The notes under the pieces: generated by a model
The model's database searches: none
Seen by the model: only the letters and a program-made list of their open reading frames with translations
What the model was told of the DNA's origin: nothing
Translations under genes and position numbers: made by a program
Source: Thalassobaculaceae bacterium
GTDB taxonomy: Bacteria; Pseudomonadota; Alphaproteobacteria; Thalassobaculales; Thalassobaculaceae
Direction of reading: 5' to 3'
Length of the DNA: 64,000 nucleotides
Assembly (NCBI GenBank): GCA_965228875.1
Contig: OZ245843.1
Location: 3,206,616 to 3,270,615, forward strand
Part shown: one piece after another, positions 22,867-32,018 of the stretch
How positions within the stretch are numbered: position 1 is the stretch's first letter
Layout: every line of letters starts with the position of its first letter

Positions 22867-24345
22867 TCAGTTCCCGCCAAACGGCTTTGCGCCGTTGCGG
22901 CGAACCCGCTCCACCGCCGACGTGACCACCGCGTCCCATCCCGCCTCTCCCTGACGCAGGATCGTCAGGGACGGGTACCAGGGCACCGCCTCCCCCTCCG
23001 CGAACCAGAACCACAGCGGGTCGCGCTGCATCAGGATCAGCCCCGGCACCCCGAGCGCGCCGGCGAGATGGGCGGCGACGCTGGAGATGGTGACGACCCG
23101 GTCGTAGGCGGCGATCTGGGCCGCCAGATCGTCGAGCCCGTCGCGCAGGTCGGTGGCCGGATTGTCGAACGGCGCCGGCAGCCCGGCAGCGCGGGCCTCG
23201 GCGATCTCCTCGGGATCGGGATCGTATTGCAGGCTGACCACCGTGCCGCCGAGCGCGTCGAGCAGCGGTGCCAGCAGCGGCAGCGGAACAGACTTGCGCC
23301 CGCCGGTACGCCGATTGCCGCTACGCCAGGCGAGGCCCGTATACGGGGCCGGCCCGAGAGCGGCCAGTCGGTCCCGCCAGTACGCGACGCGCCCAGGATC
23401 CGGCACGAGGTAGGGGACGGCCGGCGCATATCCCTGGGTTCCCGGGCCGACCAGCACCGGCAGGCGGGGCAGCGCGCTCTGCGCCGCCGCTCCCCGCGCG
23501 AGGACGGGCGCCGGTGGATCGGTCCGCGCGGTCACGAGGACGTCGGGGAACGATCGCTGGAAGAGCGGAACCAGACGCGGGTCGGCCTCCAGCACGGCGG
23601 CACCGCCGGCCCGGCGCACCGCCGCCGGCACCAGACCGGCGAACAGGATCTCGTCGCCGACTCCGAACTGCGCCGTCAGGGCCAGGTGACCTCCCGCCAC
23701 CGCGCCCCCCTGCCACAACGGCGCGGGGATCAGCCGCGAGCGGGCATCCGGATCGGGGTCGCGCCAGCGGGCATCGTAATCGGCATAGCCGGACCAGTCG
23801 CGCCGGGCCAGCCGCAACCATCCCCGCGCGTATCGCGCCCGCGCCTCGTCGGGCGCGCGGCGCAAAATGTCGTCGATCCTGGCCTCGGCCCGGTCCCGCT
23901 CGCCGAGTTCGATCTCGGCCAGCGCCAGGTTCACCGCCGCGTCGGTATCCGCCGGGTCGAGCGCCGCCGCCCGGGCGAACAGCGCGCGGGCGACGTCGGC
24001 CCGGCCGCGCTTCTGCAACCGCGCCCCCATCACCTTGGCGGCGAGGAGGTGATTCGGATTGGCGCAGGCGAGCCAGGACCAGCGCGGATCGTCGAGGCCG
24101 CCGGCGGCCGCGGTCGCGAGATCGAGCGCCGCCACGCCGTCGGGCGCCAGAATCATCGCCCGGCGCAGCGCCGACCGCGGCTCCCCGCCGGCCTTGATCC
24201 GGGCCCGGGCCACGTTCGCCCACGCCCTCGCCTCGCCGGGCCGGAGCCGGGCGACCTGCGCCAGCGCAGCCGTCGCGCCCTCCCAGTCGCCGGCGGCGAT
24301 CGCCGTGCGGGCCCGCCCTTCCAGCGCGGCGAGGCCGCCGCTCAT
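22867..24345 (-). CDS. TPR + GT-B glycosyltransferase (FlmG-like subtype)
   Basis: N-terminal Ala-rich TPRs; PLWQG...QFGVGDEILF, RLVPLFQRSFP, GLAWRS, SLQY, AHLAGALG, PWYPS. ATG 24345 overlaps the upstream TGA. Confidence 0.8.
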   Translation of the reverse strand: MSGGLAALEGRARTAIAAGDWEGATAALAQVARLRPGEARAWANVARARIKAGGEPRSALRRAMILAPDGVAALDLATAAAGGLDDPRWSWLACANPNHLLAAKVMGARLQKRGRADVARALFARAAALDPADTDAAVNLALAEIELGERDRAEARIDDILRRAPDEARARYARGWLRLARRDWSGYADYDARWRDPDPDARSRLIPAPLWQGGAVAGGHLALTAQFGVGDEILFAGLVPAAVRRAGGAAVLEADPRLVPLFQRSFPDVLVTARTDPPAPVLARGAAAQSALPRLPVLVGPGTQGYAPAVPYLVPDPGRVAYWRDRLAALGPAPYTGLAWRSGNRRTGGRKSVPLPLLAPLLDALGGTVVSLQYDPDPEEIAEARAAGLPAPFDNPATDLRDGLDDLAAQIAAYDRVVTISSVAAHLAGALGVPGLILMQRDPLWFWFAEGEAVPWYPSLTILRQGEAGWDAVVTSAVERVRRNGAKPFGGN

Positions 24346-25646
24346 CCCGCCGGCGGCAGCGTTCCGTCGGCCGCCCGCTCGGGAGGTGCGCCCGGGAATC
24401 CGTCGGCTTCGGCGGTCGAAGCGAACCGCGGCAACCGCCCGGCCGCCACCCGCTCGATCAGCTCTAGATGCTGGGGCAGGCAGACGGTCTCGAGATCGTA
24501 GGTCCTGACCGCGAAATCGCGGGCCGCTGCGCCGAGCCGAGCCCGGCGGTCGGGATCGTCGAGCAGCTCGCAGATCTTGGCGCACAGCGCCTCGTGGTCG
24601 AAGAAGTCGACCAGCACGCCGGTCTCGTCGTCGAAGATCGCCTCCTCGAGCGGCGGCGTGTTGGAGGCGACGATGGTGCAGCCGACCGACATGGACTCGA
24701 GCAGCGACCAGGACAGGACGAAGGGGAAGGTCAGGTACATGTGGACCCGACTGACCTGCAGAAGCTGGAGGTAGTGGGAATACGGCACGCGGCCGACGAA
24801 ATGGACCCGGTCGGGATCGAAGGCGACCTCGGCCTGCATCTTCTCGCGCCAGTTGGGATAGTCGCCGGGCTTGGAGCCGTAGCTGGTTTCGTCTCCGCCG
24901 ACGACGACGACATGGGCGTTCGGACGCTGCTTCTGGATCAGCGGCAGCGCCTTCATGAACACGTCGAACCCCCGGTAGCGTTCGAGGTTGCGCGAGAGGT
25001 ACGTCACCACCTCGTCGTCGCGGGTCAGCACGGTGCCGTCCGGAAGCGGGCACTTCACCGCCGGATCGGGGACGCAGATGTCGGTGCGCACGCCATCATG
25101 GATGATCGAGGTGCGCGGCTGGTAGGCGAGCGGAAGCTGGCGCCACTGGAAGCGGGTCGGCGTCACGTTCCAGTCGGCCGACTCCATCGACATCAGCAGA
25201 TGGATGTTGCGCATGCGGGTCCGGCACAACCGGTCGATGTCAACCTCCTCGCCGCCGAACCCCACATCGGCGCCGGTGCCGTGGTAGTAGTACTCCGCGA
25301 AGTTCAGGACCGGCACGTCCGGATAGACGTCCTTGAGGAACAGCGACTCGCCCCAACCGGAATGGGCGCAGATGATGTCGGGGACGAACCCCTCGTCCTT
25401 CAGCTTCAGGCAGGACCGCACGACCGCCTGGCCGTACAGCAGCTGTTCGTCGAGGTTGCGGACGTAGCGGTGCGAATCGTTCCGCGGCTCTCGCTGCAGT
25501 TCGTAGCGGACCTTCCGCACACCGGGAATCTCCAGCTTCTGCCGTCGGGTGACGAACACGACCTCGTTTTTCGGATCCTCGGCGAAGTGTTTGACGAGGT
25601 GCGCGTACTGCGCCGGCATGTTCTGGTGAACAAACAAGAATCGCAC
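24342..25646 (-). CDS. GT4 glycosyltransferase (HQN-type N-terminus, DUF3495-like)
   Basis: FLFVHQNMPAQY, HSGWGE, RNLERYRGF, YLTFPFVLSWSLLESM. Confidence 0.88.
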   Translation of the reverse strand: MRFLFVHQNMPAQYAHLVKHFAEDPKNEVVFVTRRQKLEIPGVRKVRYELQREPRNDSHRYVRNLDEQLLYGQAVVRSCLKLKDEGFVPDIICAHSGWGESLFLKDVYPDVPVLNFAEYYYHGTGADVGFGGEEVDIDRLCRTRMRNIHLLMSMESADWNVTPTRFQWRQLPLAYQPRTSIIHDGVRTDICVPDPAVKCPLPDGTVLTRDDEVVTYLSRNLERYRGFDVFMKALPLIQKQRPNAHVVVVGGDETSYGSKPGDYPNWREKMQAEVAFDPDRVHFVGRVPYSHYLQLLQVSRVHMYLTFPFVLSWSLLESMSVGCTIVASNTPPLEEAIFDDETGVLVDFFDHEALCAKICELLDDPDRRARLGAAARDFAVRTYDLETVCLPQHLELIERVAAGRLPRFASTAEADGFPGAPPERAADGTLPPAG

Positions 25647-25744
25647 GTCGCGCGCTCCGCCGTCTCTGGACTATCGCGGGTCTGATTACAGCGTCGCCCA
25701 GGCGGATGCAAACGGCAGAGCGCCGGACGGCCTCGTTGCGCCGT

Positions 25745-27004
25745 TCAGGTCCGCCGGGCGTCACGCCACCGTTCGAGACTGGCGGCGACACGCGGCATGA
25801 TGTCGGACCAGCTCTCGGCATGTCCCCGGCGCTCCAGCGTCAGCGACGGATACCAGCCGGTTGTGCTCCCACTCTGTCCCCATCGCCAGTCGGCGACCCC
25901 GTGCAGCAGAACCCAGCAGGGCTTGTCGAGCGCGCCCGCGACATGCGCGACGGCGCTGTCGATGGAGATCACGAGATCGAGCTGATCGATCAGCCCGGCG
26001 GTGTCGGCGAAATCGTCGATGTGAGCGGACAGATCGACGATGCGCGGGTCCTCGGCGCAGTGCTCCGCTCCGGGACCGACCTGAAGCGAATAGAAATCGA
26101 TGCCGTCCACGTCGAGCAGGCTCGACATCACCTCGTAGGGGCAGCTGCGCTGAAGGTCCCGCCGATGCTTCGGGTTGCCGGCCCAGCACAGACCGACCCT
26201 GGGCCGGCCGGAGGTCACGGGGAGCCGGTGGGGATGCGCCGGCGGCTCCAGATAGCGACCCGGCGCCGGGAGCGCGTCGGGGCGCGTCGCGAAACGGTAC
26301 GGCAGGCTCATCATCATCTCGGCCGCGTCGACCAGACCGACACGCATCCTGGTCACGGCGCGCGTCACCCCCGCCGCGGTGGCCAGCAGCCGGGCGAGCG
26401 GATCCGTGCAGTAGACCACGACGTCGACACCGGCGCGGTCGAGATCCATCGCGTAGCGCACGAACTGGATCGCGTCGCCGGCCCCCTGCTCCATCACGCA
26501 GACCAGGGTTCGGACCGAGGCCGGGTCGCCATCCCATGTCGGCACGTCGTACTGCGAGAGGGCGGCCAGCGCCTTGCGGCGCGACCACCGTCGCTCATAG
26601 AACGCGAAGCCGCGCGCGTAGTCGCCGAGGGTCAGCATCTGCAGCGCGACGGCGGTGTCGATCTCCGGATCGTCCGGACGCACGATCTGCGCCTTGCGGA
26701 ACAGGTCGAGCGCTTTCGCGTGGGAGCCGCGCATGCGCGTCGCGTTTCCCCGGTTGATGAGCAGGTCCGCGGCGCCCGGCTCGATCATGGCGGCGATCTT
26801 CATCGCCTGATGGGCACCGACGAAGTTTCCGCACCGGGCCTCGAGCAGGCCGTATTGGTTCCAGCCGCGGGCATCCAGCGGGCGTGCGGCGATCACCTTT
26901 CTCGCCCAGACCCGGGCAATGTCGAGCTTGCCGTTCTCGATCAGACTGGGGATCAGCCTGAGCGCCTGTTCGTAGTCGATTTGGTCGAGGGAGCGGTCGC
27001 TCAT
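25745..27004 (-). CDS. TPR + GT-B (GT9-like) glycosyltransferase
   Basis: TPRs; WDG...EQGAGDAIQF, GLCWAGNP, SLQVG, DFADTA..I.QLDLVISID, HVAGAL, DWRW, WYPS. Confidence 0.83.
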   Translation of the reverse strand: MSDRSLDQIDYEQALRLIPSLIENGKLDIARVWARKVIAARPLDARGWNQYGLLEARCGNFVGAHQAMKIAAMIEPGAADLLINRGNATRMRGSHAKALDLFRKAQIVRPDDPEIDTAVALQMLTLGDYARGFAFYERRWSRRKALAALSQYDVPTWDGDPASVRTLVCVMEQGAGDAIQFVRYAMDLDRAGVDVVVYCTDPLARLLATAAGVTRAVTRMRVGLVDAAEMMMSLPYRFATRPDALPAPGRYLEPPAHPHRLPVTSGRPRVGLCWAGNPKHRRDLQRSCPYEVMSSLLDVDGIDFYSLQVGPGAEHCAEDPRIVDLSAHIDDFADTAGLIDQLDLVISIDSAVAHVAGALDKPCWVLLHGVADWRWGQSGSTTGWYPSLTLERRGHAESWSDIMPRVAASLERWRDARRT

Positions 27005-27016
27005 ACCGGAACAATC

Positions 27017-27994
27017 CTACCTGGCGATCTCGCGATCCCAGTAAGCGACAACATCCGCCTCCATGCGCTCCAGGGTGTATTCGGATCCCGTCGCCAGCGC
27101 GTGCCGCACCAGTTCGGTCCCGCCGTCGGCATCGAAGGCGTCGATACCGGCCGCCAGGCCGTCCGCCGCGGCGAACCAGTCCTCGGCGTCGCACCAGATG
27201 CCGTTCTCCGGCGTCGCATAGGAGCGTCCGCCATCTCCCCGGAAGCCGACGACGATGCAGCCGCTGGCCATCGCCTCGATCGGCGGCAGGCCGAACCCCT
27301 CGAGGCGGCTCATCGCCAGGAAGACCGCGCTCTCGCCGAGAATCTCCGCGGTCTGCGCCTCGGTCATGCCATCGATCACGACGACCGGGACATCGGCCAG
27401 CCGCGGATGCGTCCGCTGAAAGGTTTCGATGATGAAATTGGCCTCGATTCGCATCTTCCGCGGCATGACCGCGATCTGACGCTTCTTCGTCAGCGGCCGG
27501 AACACCGAATGATCGATGCCGTTATGGATGATCGGGACCTCCGCCAGGCCGAAGGTGCGGGTAATGTAGTCGGCGATCACCTCGCTGCAGCAGAACACAC
27601 CGTCCAGCTTGCGGTCCTCGAACGTCTTTCGCGGACCGAGCCCGTGGTACAGATAGAAGTGGTTCTGGCAGAACATCACGCGGCGGACCTTGTACGGCTC
27701 CAACCGCTTGAGGAGGTCGCCCCACGGCTCGGGGACGACGAAGATGTCGCTGGCCTTCATGCGAAAGTTCGGTCCGAGGACATCCATGGGGATGTCGGCG
27801 TCGAAAAACGAGTCCCGGTTGTTGTCGACCAGGACGATCCGCGCGTCGAAACCGTTGCGGTTGAGCATCACGACATGGTGATGCGCGATTCGCACACCGC
27901 CGAGCGGATAGCCGAAATGCTTCGACAGATACAGGATCCGTCGGCGTCCGCGGCCCTGCGCGGCGCCCGTCTGGGAGTCGGTCGTGGACATCAC
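27017..27994 (-). CDS. GT4-like glycosyltransferase
   Basis: PLGGVR, VVPE, IIHNGID, EGFGLPPIEAMASGC. Confidence 0.85.
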   Translation of the reverse strand: MMSTTDSQTGAAQGRGRRRILYLSKHFGYPLGGVRIAHHHVVMLNRNGFDARIVLVDNNRDSFFDADIPMDVLGPNFRMKASDIFVVPEPWGDLLKRLEPYKVRRVMFCQNHFYLYHGLGPRKTFEDRKLDGVFCCSEVIADYITRTFGLAEVPIIHNGIDHSVFRPLTKKRQIAVMPRKMRIEANFIIETFQRTHPRLADVPVVVIDGMTEAQTAEILGESAVFLAMSRLEGFGLPPIEAMASGCIVVGFRGDGGRSYATPENGIWCDAEDWFAAADGLAAGIDAFDADGGTELVRHALATGSEYTLERMEADVVAYWDREIAR

Positions 27995-27998
27995 GCGA

Positions 27999-29375
27999 TC
28001 AGGGCTCTCGCAGGGCTCTCTGGAAGCTGCGGATCAGCGGATCCAGCAGATAGGTCAGCAGGGTCCGTTCGCCGACTCCCAGCATGGCGAGCGCCGGCAT
28101 GCCCGACACCAGCTGCTGATCCTCGAGAATGTGCTCCAGCGACGTCTTATCCAGGCGGATATCCACGCGGTAGAACGACGCGCCTTTCCCCGACTCGATC
28201 ACGTCGGGTGACACCTGAATCAGTTCGCCTTCCACCGGATGGGTGAAGCGCTGGCTGAACGCGGTCAGGCGCACCGTGACCTTGAGGTTGCCCAGGCCCG
28301 CGTTGAGGGCGTCGATGTCGGTCGGCTTGACCCGGGCGACGACAACCAGATCCTCGTCGTCGGGCACGATCTCCATCAGCACCTGACCGGCGCCGATCAC
28401 CGCCCCTTCGGTGTTGATCGCCAGGCGCACGACCCTGCCCGAGACCGGGGCCCTGATGTCGAGTTGGCTGAACATCTTCTCGGTCACCGGGAGCTGCTGG
28501 CCGGCCTCGCGGACCTGCCGACCGATCATGTCCAGCTGGCCCAGGACTTCGGCCTGGAACCTGCGCTCCGACTGGAGGATCCGCAGTTCGTACTCGCCGA
28601 GCCGCTGGCGCTGGGTGGCGATATCCCCCACCAGAGCGCTGCGCGACCCCATCAGGCTCGCCCGTCCCCGCTCCAGCTGGCGCAGCCGGGGAAGCCGCTC
28701 GAGGCCCTTCTCGTAGAGCTCGCGAACGCTTTCCAGCTCGTCGTTGATGAGGCGGACCTCCTCGTCGAGGGTGGCCAGCCGCTCCTCGGAGGCACGGATC
28801 TTGGTGTGGGTCTGCTCCATCAGCTCGCGCACGAGTTGGGTCTCGCCTCTGCGCGCTGCCTGCCGGGACTCCAACAGGGCCTGCTCGGACTCGATCATGT
28901 CGGCGATGTCGGGATCGGTCGCCCGGTCCAGGACCTCCGGCGGCAGGGTGATGCTGTCCTCGCCGTCACGCTCCGCCTGCAGACGGGCCTGGGTGACCAG
29001 CCCGCCGAAATAGCGTTTGCGCAGGATGTCGCGCTCGGCGATGCCGCGCGTCTCGTCGAGCACGATCAGCTTGTCGCCCTTGTTCACGTGCTGGCCTTCG
29101 CGCACCAGCAGGCTCTTCACCACGCCGCCGCTCGGATGCTGAATGACACGAGGCTCGCGGTCGACGCGGATCGTCCCCGGCGCCATGACCGAACTGGCCA
29201 GCGGCGCGAAGGCGGAGAAAACGCCGAACACGCCGAAGAACAGGAACATGATCGAATAACCGAGGGTCATTCCGCTGCGCCACCTGGGAACAGCGGCGGC
29301 CGCGATCTTCTCGTACGGATCCAGTTCGATCAGTCCGGCCCTACCGGCCGCCGCACCTTGCTCGACGATGCTCAT
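27999..29375 (-). CDS. prtE: Type I secretion membrane fusion protein (HlyD/PrtE/AprE family)
   Basis: N-terminal TM, IQHPSGGVV..LLVREG, coiled coil, IRAPVSGRV, LMEIVP, GMP...GERTLLTYLLDP. Confidence 0.92.
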   Translation of the reverse strand: MSIVEQGAAAGRAGLIELDPYEKIAAAAVPRWRSGMTLGYSIMFLFFGVFGVFSAFAPLASSVMAPGTIRVDREPRVIQHPSGGVVKSLLVREGQHVNKGDKLIVLDETRGIAERDILRKRYFGGLVTQARLQAERDGEDSITLPPEVLDRATDPDIADMIESEQALLESRQAARRGETQLVRELMEQTHTKIRASEERLATLDEEVRLINDELESVRELYEKGLERLPRLRQLERGRASLMGSRSALVGDIATQRQRLGEYELRILQSERRFQAEVLGQLDMIGRQVREAGQQLPVTEKMFSQLDIRAPVSGRVVRLAINTEGAVIGAGQVLMEIVPDDEDLVVVARVKPTDIDALNAGLGNLKVTVRLTAFSQRFTHPVEGELIQVSPDVIESGKGASFYRVDIRLDKTSLEHILEDQQLVSGMPALAMLGVGERTLLTYLLDPLIRSFQRALREP

Positions 29376-31144
29376 CAGGTTCTCCCGGCGATCTTCGGTT
29401 CCTGATCCTGATCGCGGGCGGCGACCTGGGGCTTCGTCGGAACCGGGGCGATGACGGCGTCACGCGGCGCGAACTTCTGCACCACGCCGTCGCGCAGCAC
29501 CAGCACTTTGTCGACGTGCTGGAGCACGTTGATCCGGTGGGCGATCAGGAAGACGCTCGTCCCCTGGGCCTTCATCGCGTGGAGGGTGTTCTTCAGCGCC
29601 TCTTCGCCCTCGCTGTCGAGGTTCGAGTTCGGTTCGTCCAGGATGAGGATCAGCGGGTCGCGATACAGGGCGCGGGCCAGGGCGATGCGCTGGCGCTGGC
29701 CGCCCGACATCAGCGAGCCGGCATCGCCCACCTGGGTGTCGTACTCCTTGGGGAAATGCTGGATGATCTCGTGCAGGCCGGCAAGCTTGGCTGCCCGGAT
29801 GATCGCCTCGGCGTCCGGGTTCTCGTCCAGCCGGCTGATATTGTCGCGGATGGAGCCGTCGAACAGCTCGACGTTCTGGGGCAGATAGCCGAAATACCGT
29901 CCGAGATCCTCCGCCGGCCACGCGTAGACGTCGGTCCCGTCGAGCCGCACCGCGCCCGAGGTCGGCTGGACGAGCCCGACCATGATCGAGGCCAGGGTCG
30001 TCTTGCCGGCGCCGGACGGACCGATCACGCCGATGATCTCGCCGGGCGACATCTCGAACGACACGTTGGACAGGATCGGCCGGTTAAACCCCTTGAGATC
30101 GTAGGTCACCCCCTCGACCGTGAGGTGGCCGCTCGGCCGGGGCGGCACGATGGTCAGACGCGGCTTCTCGTCGGTCGCCTGCAGCGCCGCTTCGACCGAC
30201 CTGTAGGCGTCGCGGGCATCCAGCAGGCTGCGGTAGCTGCCGATCAGGGACTCGAGCGGCATCAGCGCGCGGCCGACGAGGATGACCGCGCCCATGATGA
30301 CGCCGGGCGACATGGTGCTGCCCGGCTGGATCATCTGCAGGACCGCCACCGTCATGATGCCGATCTGCACCACCATGCGGCCCCACTTCGTGATCGCGCT
30401 GATGATCGCCGACCGGCGGGAGGCGATGCTGAGGAAGTGGCGATACTCCTCGGTGTCCGCATGCCAGCGCCGCACGATCGTCGGCGTCATGCCCATGGAC
30501 TCCACGACCTCGGCGTTGCGCGCCGCCACCGACGCGAGCTTGCTCGCCGGCCCGGCGGAACGGATGGCCTTGGCCATCGGCTCCTTGGACCAGCGGTCGT
30601 TGATGATCGCGCAGGTGAACAGGAACACCGCACCGACGAGGGCGACGACGCCGACCCAGAAATTCAGCAGGAAGAGGACCGCGACGAAGAGCGGGATCCA
30701 GGGGATGTCGAGGACGTTGAAGATCGACTGGCTCGTCAGGAAGGTCTTCACCTGCTCGAACTGCCCCAGCACATGGGCGGACCGCGCGACACCGCGACTC
30801 ATCGAGCGCGCGATGGAGAGGTCGAGCAGGCGGGCCGACAGCTTGCGGTCGAGATAATTGCCGACCTCGATCAGCGTGAAGGAGCGGGCGATATCGACGC
30901 CGGCCTGCACGCCGAACGCCATCACCGCCATGAAGAACAGCATGCCCAGCGTGGCCGTGCTGTAGCTGGACAGCACCTTGTCGAACACGGTGAACATATA
31001 GATCGGCAACGTCAGGATCATGGAGTTGACCACGAAACTGAACGAGAAGATGGCCACGAAGGCGCCGCGACAGGACCGGAAGGCCTCTCCCAGGGCGTCT
31101 TTGGAAGCCACATGTTTGCGGATGCCGCTCATCTCTGTATCCAT
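29375..31144 (-). CDS. prtD: Type I secretion ABC transporter (PrtD/AprD family, no C39 domain)
   Basis: TM domain with DIPWIP; Walker A GPSGAGKT, YLPQNVELF, MSGGQRQRIALARA, LDEPNSNLD, AHR. Confidence 0.93.
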   Translation of the reverse strand: MDTEMSGIRKHVASKDALGEAFRSCRGAFVAIFSFSFVVNSMILTLPIYMFTVFDKVLSSYSTATLGMLFFMAVMAFGVQAGVDIARSFTLIEVGNYLDRKLSARLLDLSIARSMSRGVARSAHVLGQFEQVKTFLTSQSIFNVLDIPWIPLFVAVLFLLNFWVGVVALVGAVFLFTCAIINDRWSKEPMAKAIRSAGPASKLASVAARNAEVVESMGMTPTIVRRWHADTEEYRHFLSIASRRSAIISAITKWGRMVVQIGIMTVAVLQMIQPGSTMSPGVIMGAVILVGRALMPLESLIGSYRSLLDARDAYRSVEAALQATDEKPRLTIVPPRPSGHLTVEGVTYDLKGFNRPILSNVSFEMSPGEIIGVIGPSGAGKTTLASIMVGLVQPTSGAVRLDGTDVYAWPAEDLGRYFGYLPQNVELFDGSIRDNISRLDENPDAEAIIRAAKLAGLHEIIQHFPKEYDTQVGDAGSLMSGGQRQRIALARALYRDPLILILDEPNSNLDSEGEEALKNTLHAMKAQGTSVFLIAHRINVLQHVDKVLVLRDGVVQKFAPRDAVIAPVPTKPQVAARDQDQEPKIAGRT

Positions 31145-31249
31145 CTTTCGGGTATCGTGGGCCCGCCGACGCTCGGCCTCGGGAGAATTTGACCACCCGC
31201 CGGTGATCCGCTAAAGCGAGGCATCCTCAGCCTTCTCAATGTGACCTCT

Positions 31250-31981
31250 ATGTCAAAGCAAGACCAGCGCGACACGCAGTTTCGGGTCTTCGTCGGCTAC
31301 GACACACGCGAGGACATCGCCTACCAAGTCTGCCGCTCCTCGATGCTGCGCCACACGGCGCTCGGGCTCCATATTGAACCGATCGTGCAAGAAAAGCTGC
31401 GCTCTCAAGGTCTGTTCTGGCGTGAACGGGATCCGCTGGCGTCGACGGAGTTCACATACACGCGGTTTCTTACACCCTACCTTGCCGGCTATCAAGGATG
31501 GGCGCTGTTCTGCGATTGCGATTTTCTGTGGCTCGCCGATATCGCGCAACTGTTTGAGATCATGGACCCTTCGAAGGCGGTGATGTGTGTGCATCACGAC
31601 CATCGCCCCGCCGAGGGGACCAAGATGGACGGCGCCGTCCAGACCAGCTACCCGCGCAAGAACTGGTCGAGCCTGATGCTGATCAACTGCGGCCATGCCG
31701 CCACCCGCCGCCTGACCCCGGAGATCGTCAACTCCGAATCGGGCGCCTACCTGCACCGCCTGCAGTGGGCCGACGACAGCGAGATCGGCGAAGTGCCGTC
31801 CACCTGGAACTGGCTCGAGGGTAGCATGCCCAAGCCGGCGACCGGCACCCCGAACGCCGTCCACTACACCCGCGGCGGTCCCTGGTTCGAGAACTGGCAG
31901 AACGTCGACTACGCCGACCTTTGGATCGCCGAGCGGGATCGCTACCTGGCCGAGCGCGACGCCGCGGCGGCTTCGTCTTAA
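31250..31981 (+). CDS. GT-A (GT8-related) glycosyltransferase resembling plant CDI / phage GTs
   Basis: VFVGYDTRED, STEFTYTRFLTPYL, FCDCDFL (DxD), KMDG..Q..YPRKNWSS, LHRLQW, WNWL, HYTRGGPWF. Confidence 0.8.
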   Translation: MSKQDQRDTQFRVFVGYDTREDIAYQVCRSSMLRHTALGLHIEPIVQEKLRSQGLFWRERDPLASTEFTYTRFLTPYLAGYQGWALFCDCDFLWLADIAQLFEIMDPSKAVMCVHHDHRPAEGTKMDGAVQTSYPRKNWSSLMLINCGHAATRRLTPEIVNSESGAYLHRLQWADDSEIGEVPSTWNWLEGSMPKPATGTPNAVHYTRGGPWFENWQNVDYADLWIAERDRYLAERDAAAASS

Positions 31982-32018
31982 CCCCCTTGTCCCCTTTCAA
32001 GAACGCCGGAGTGCATCC

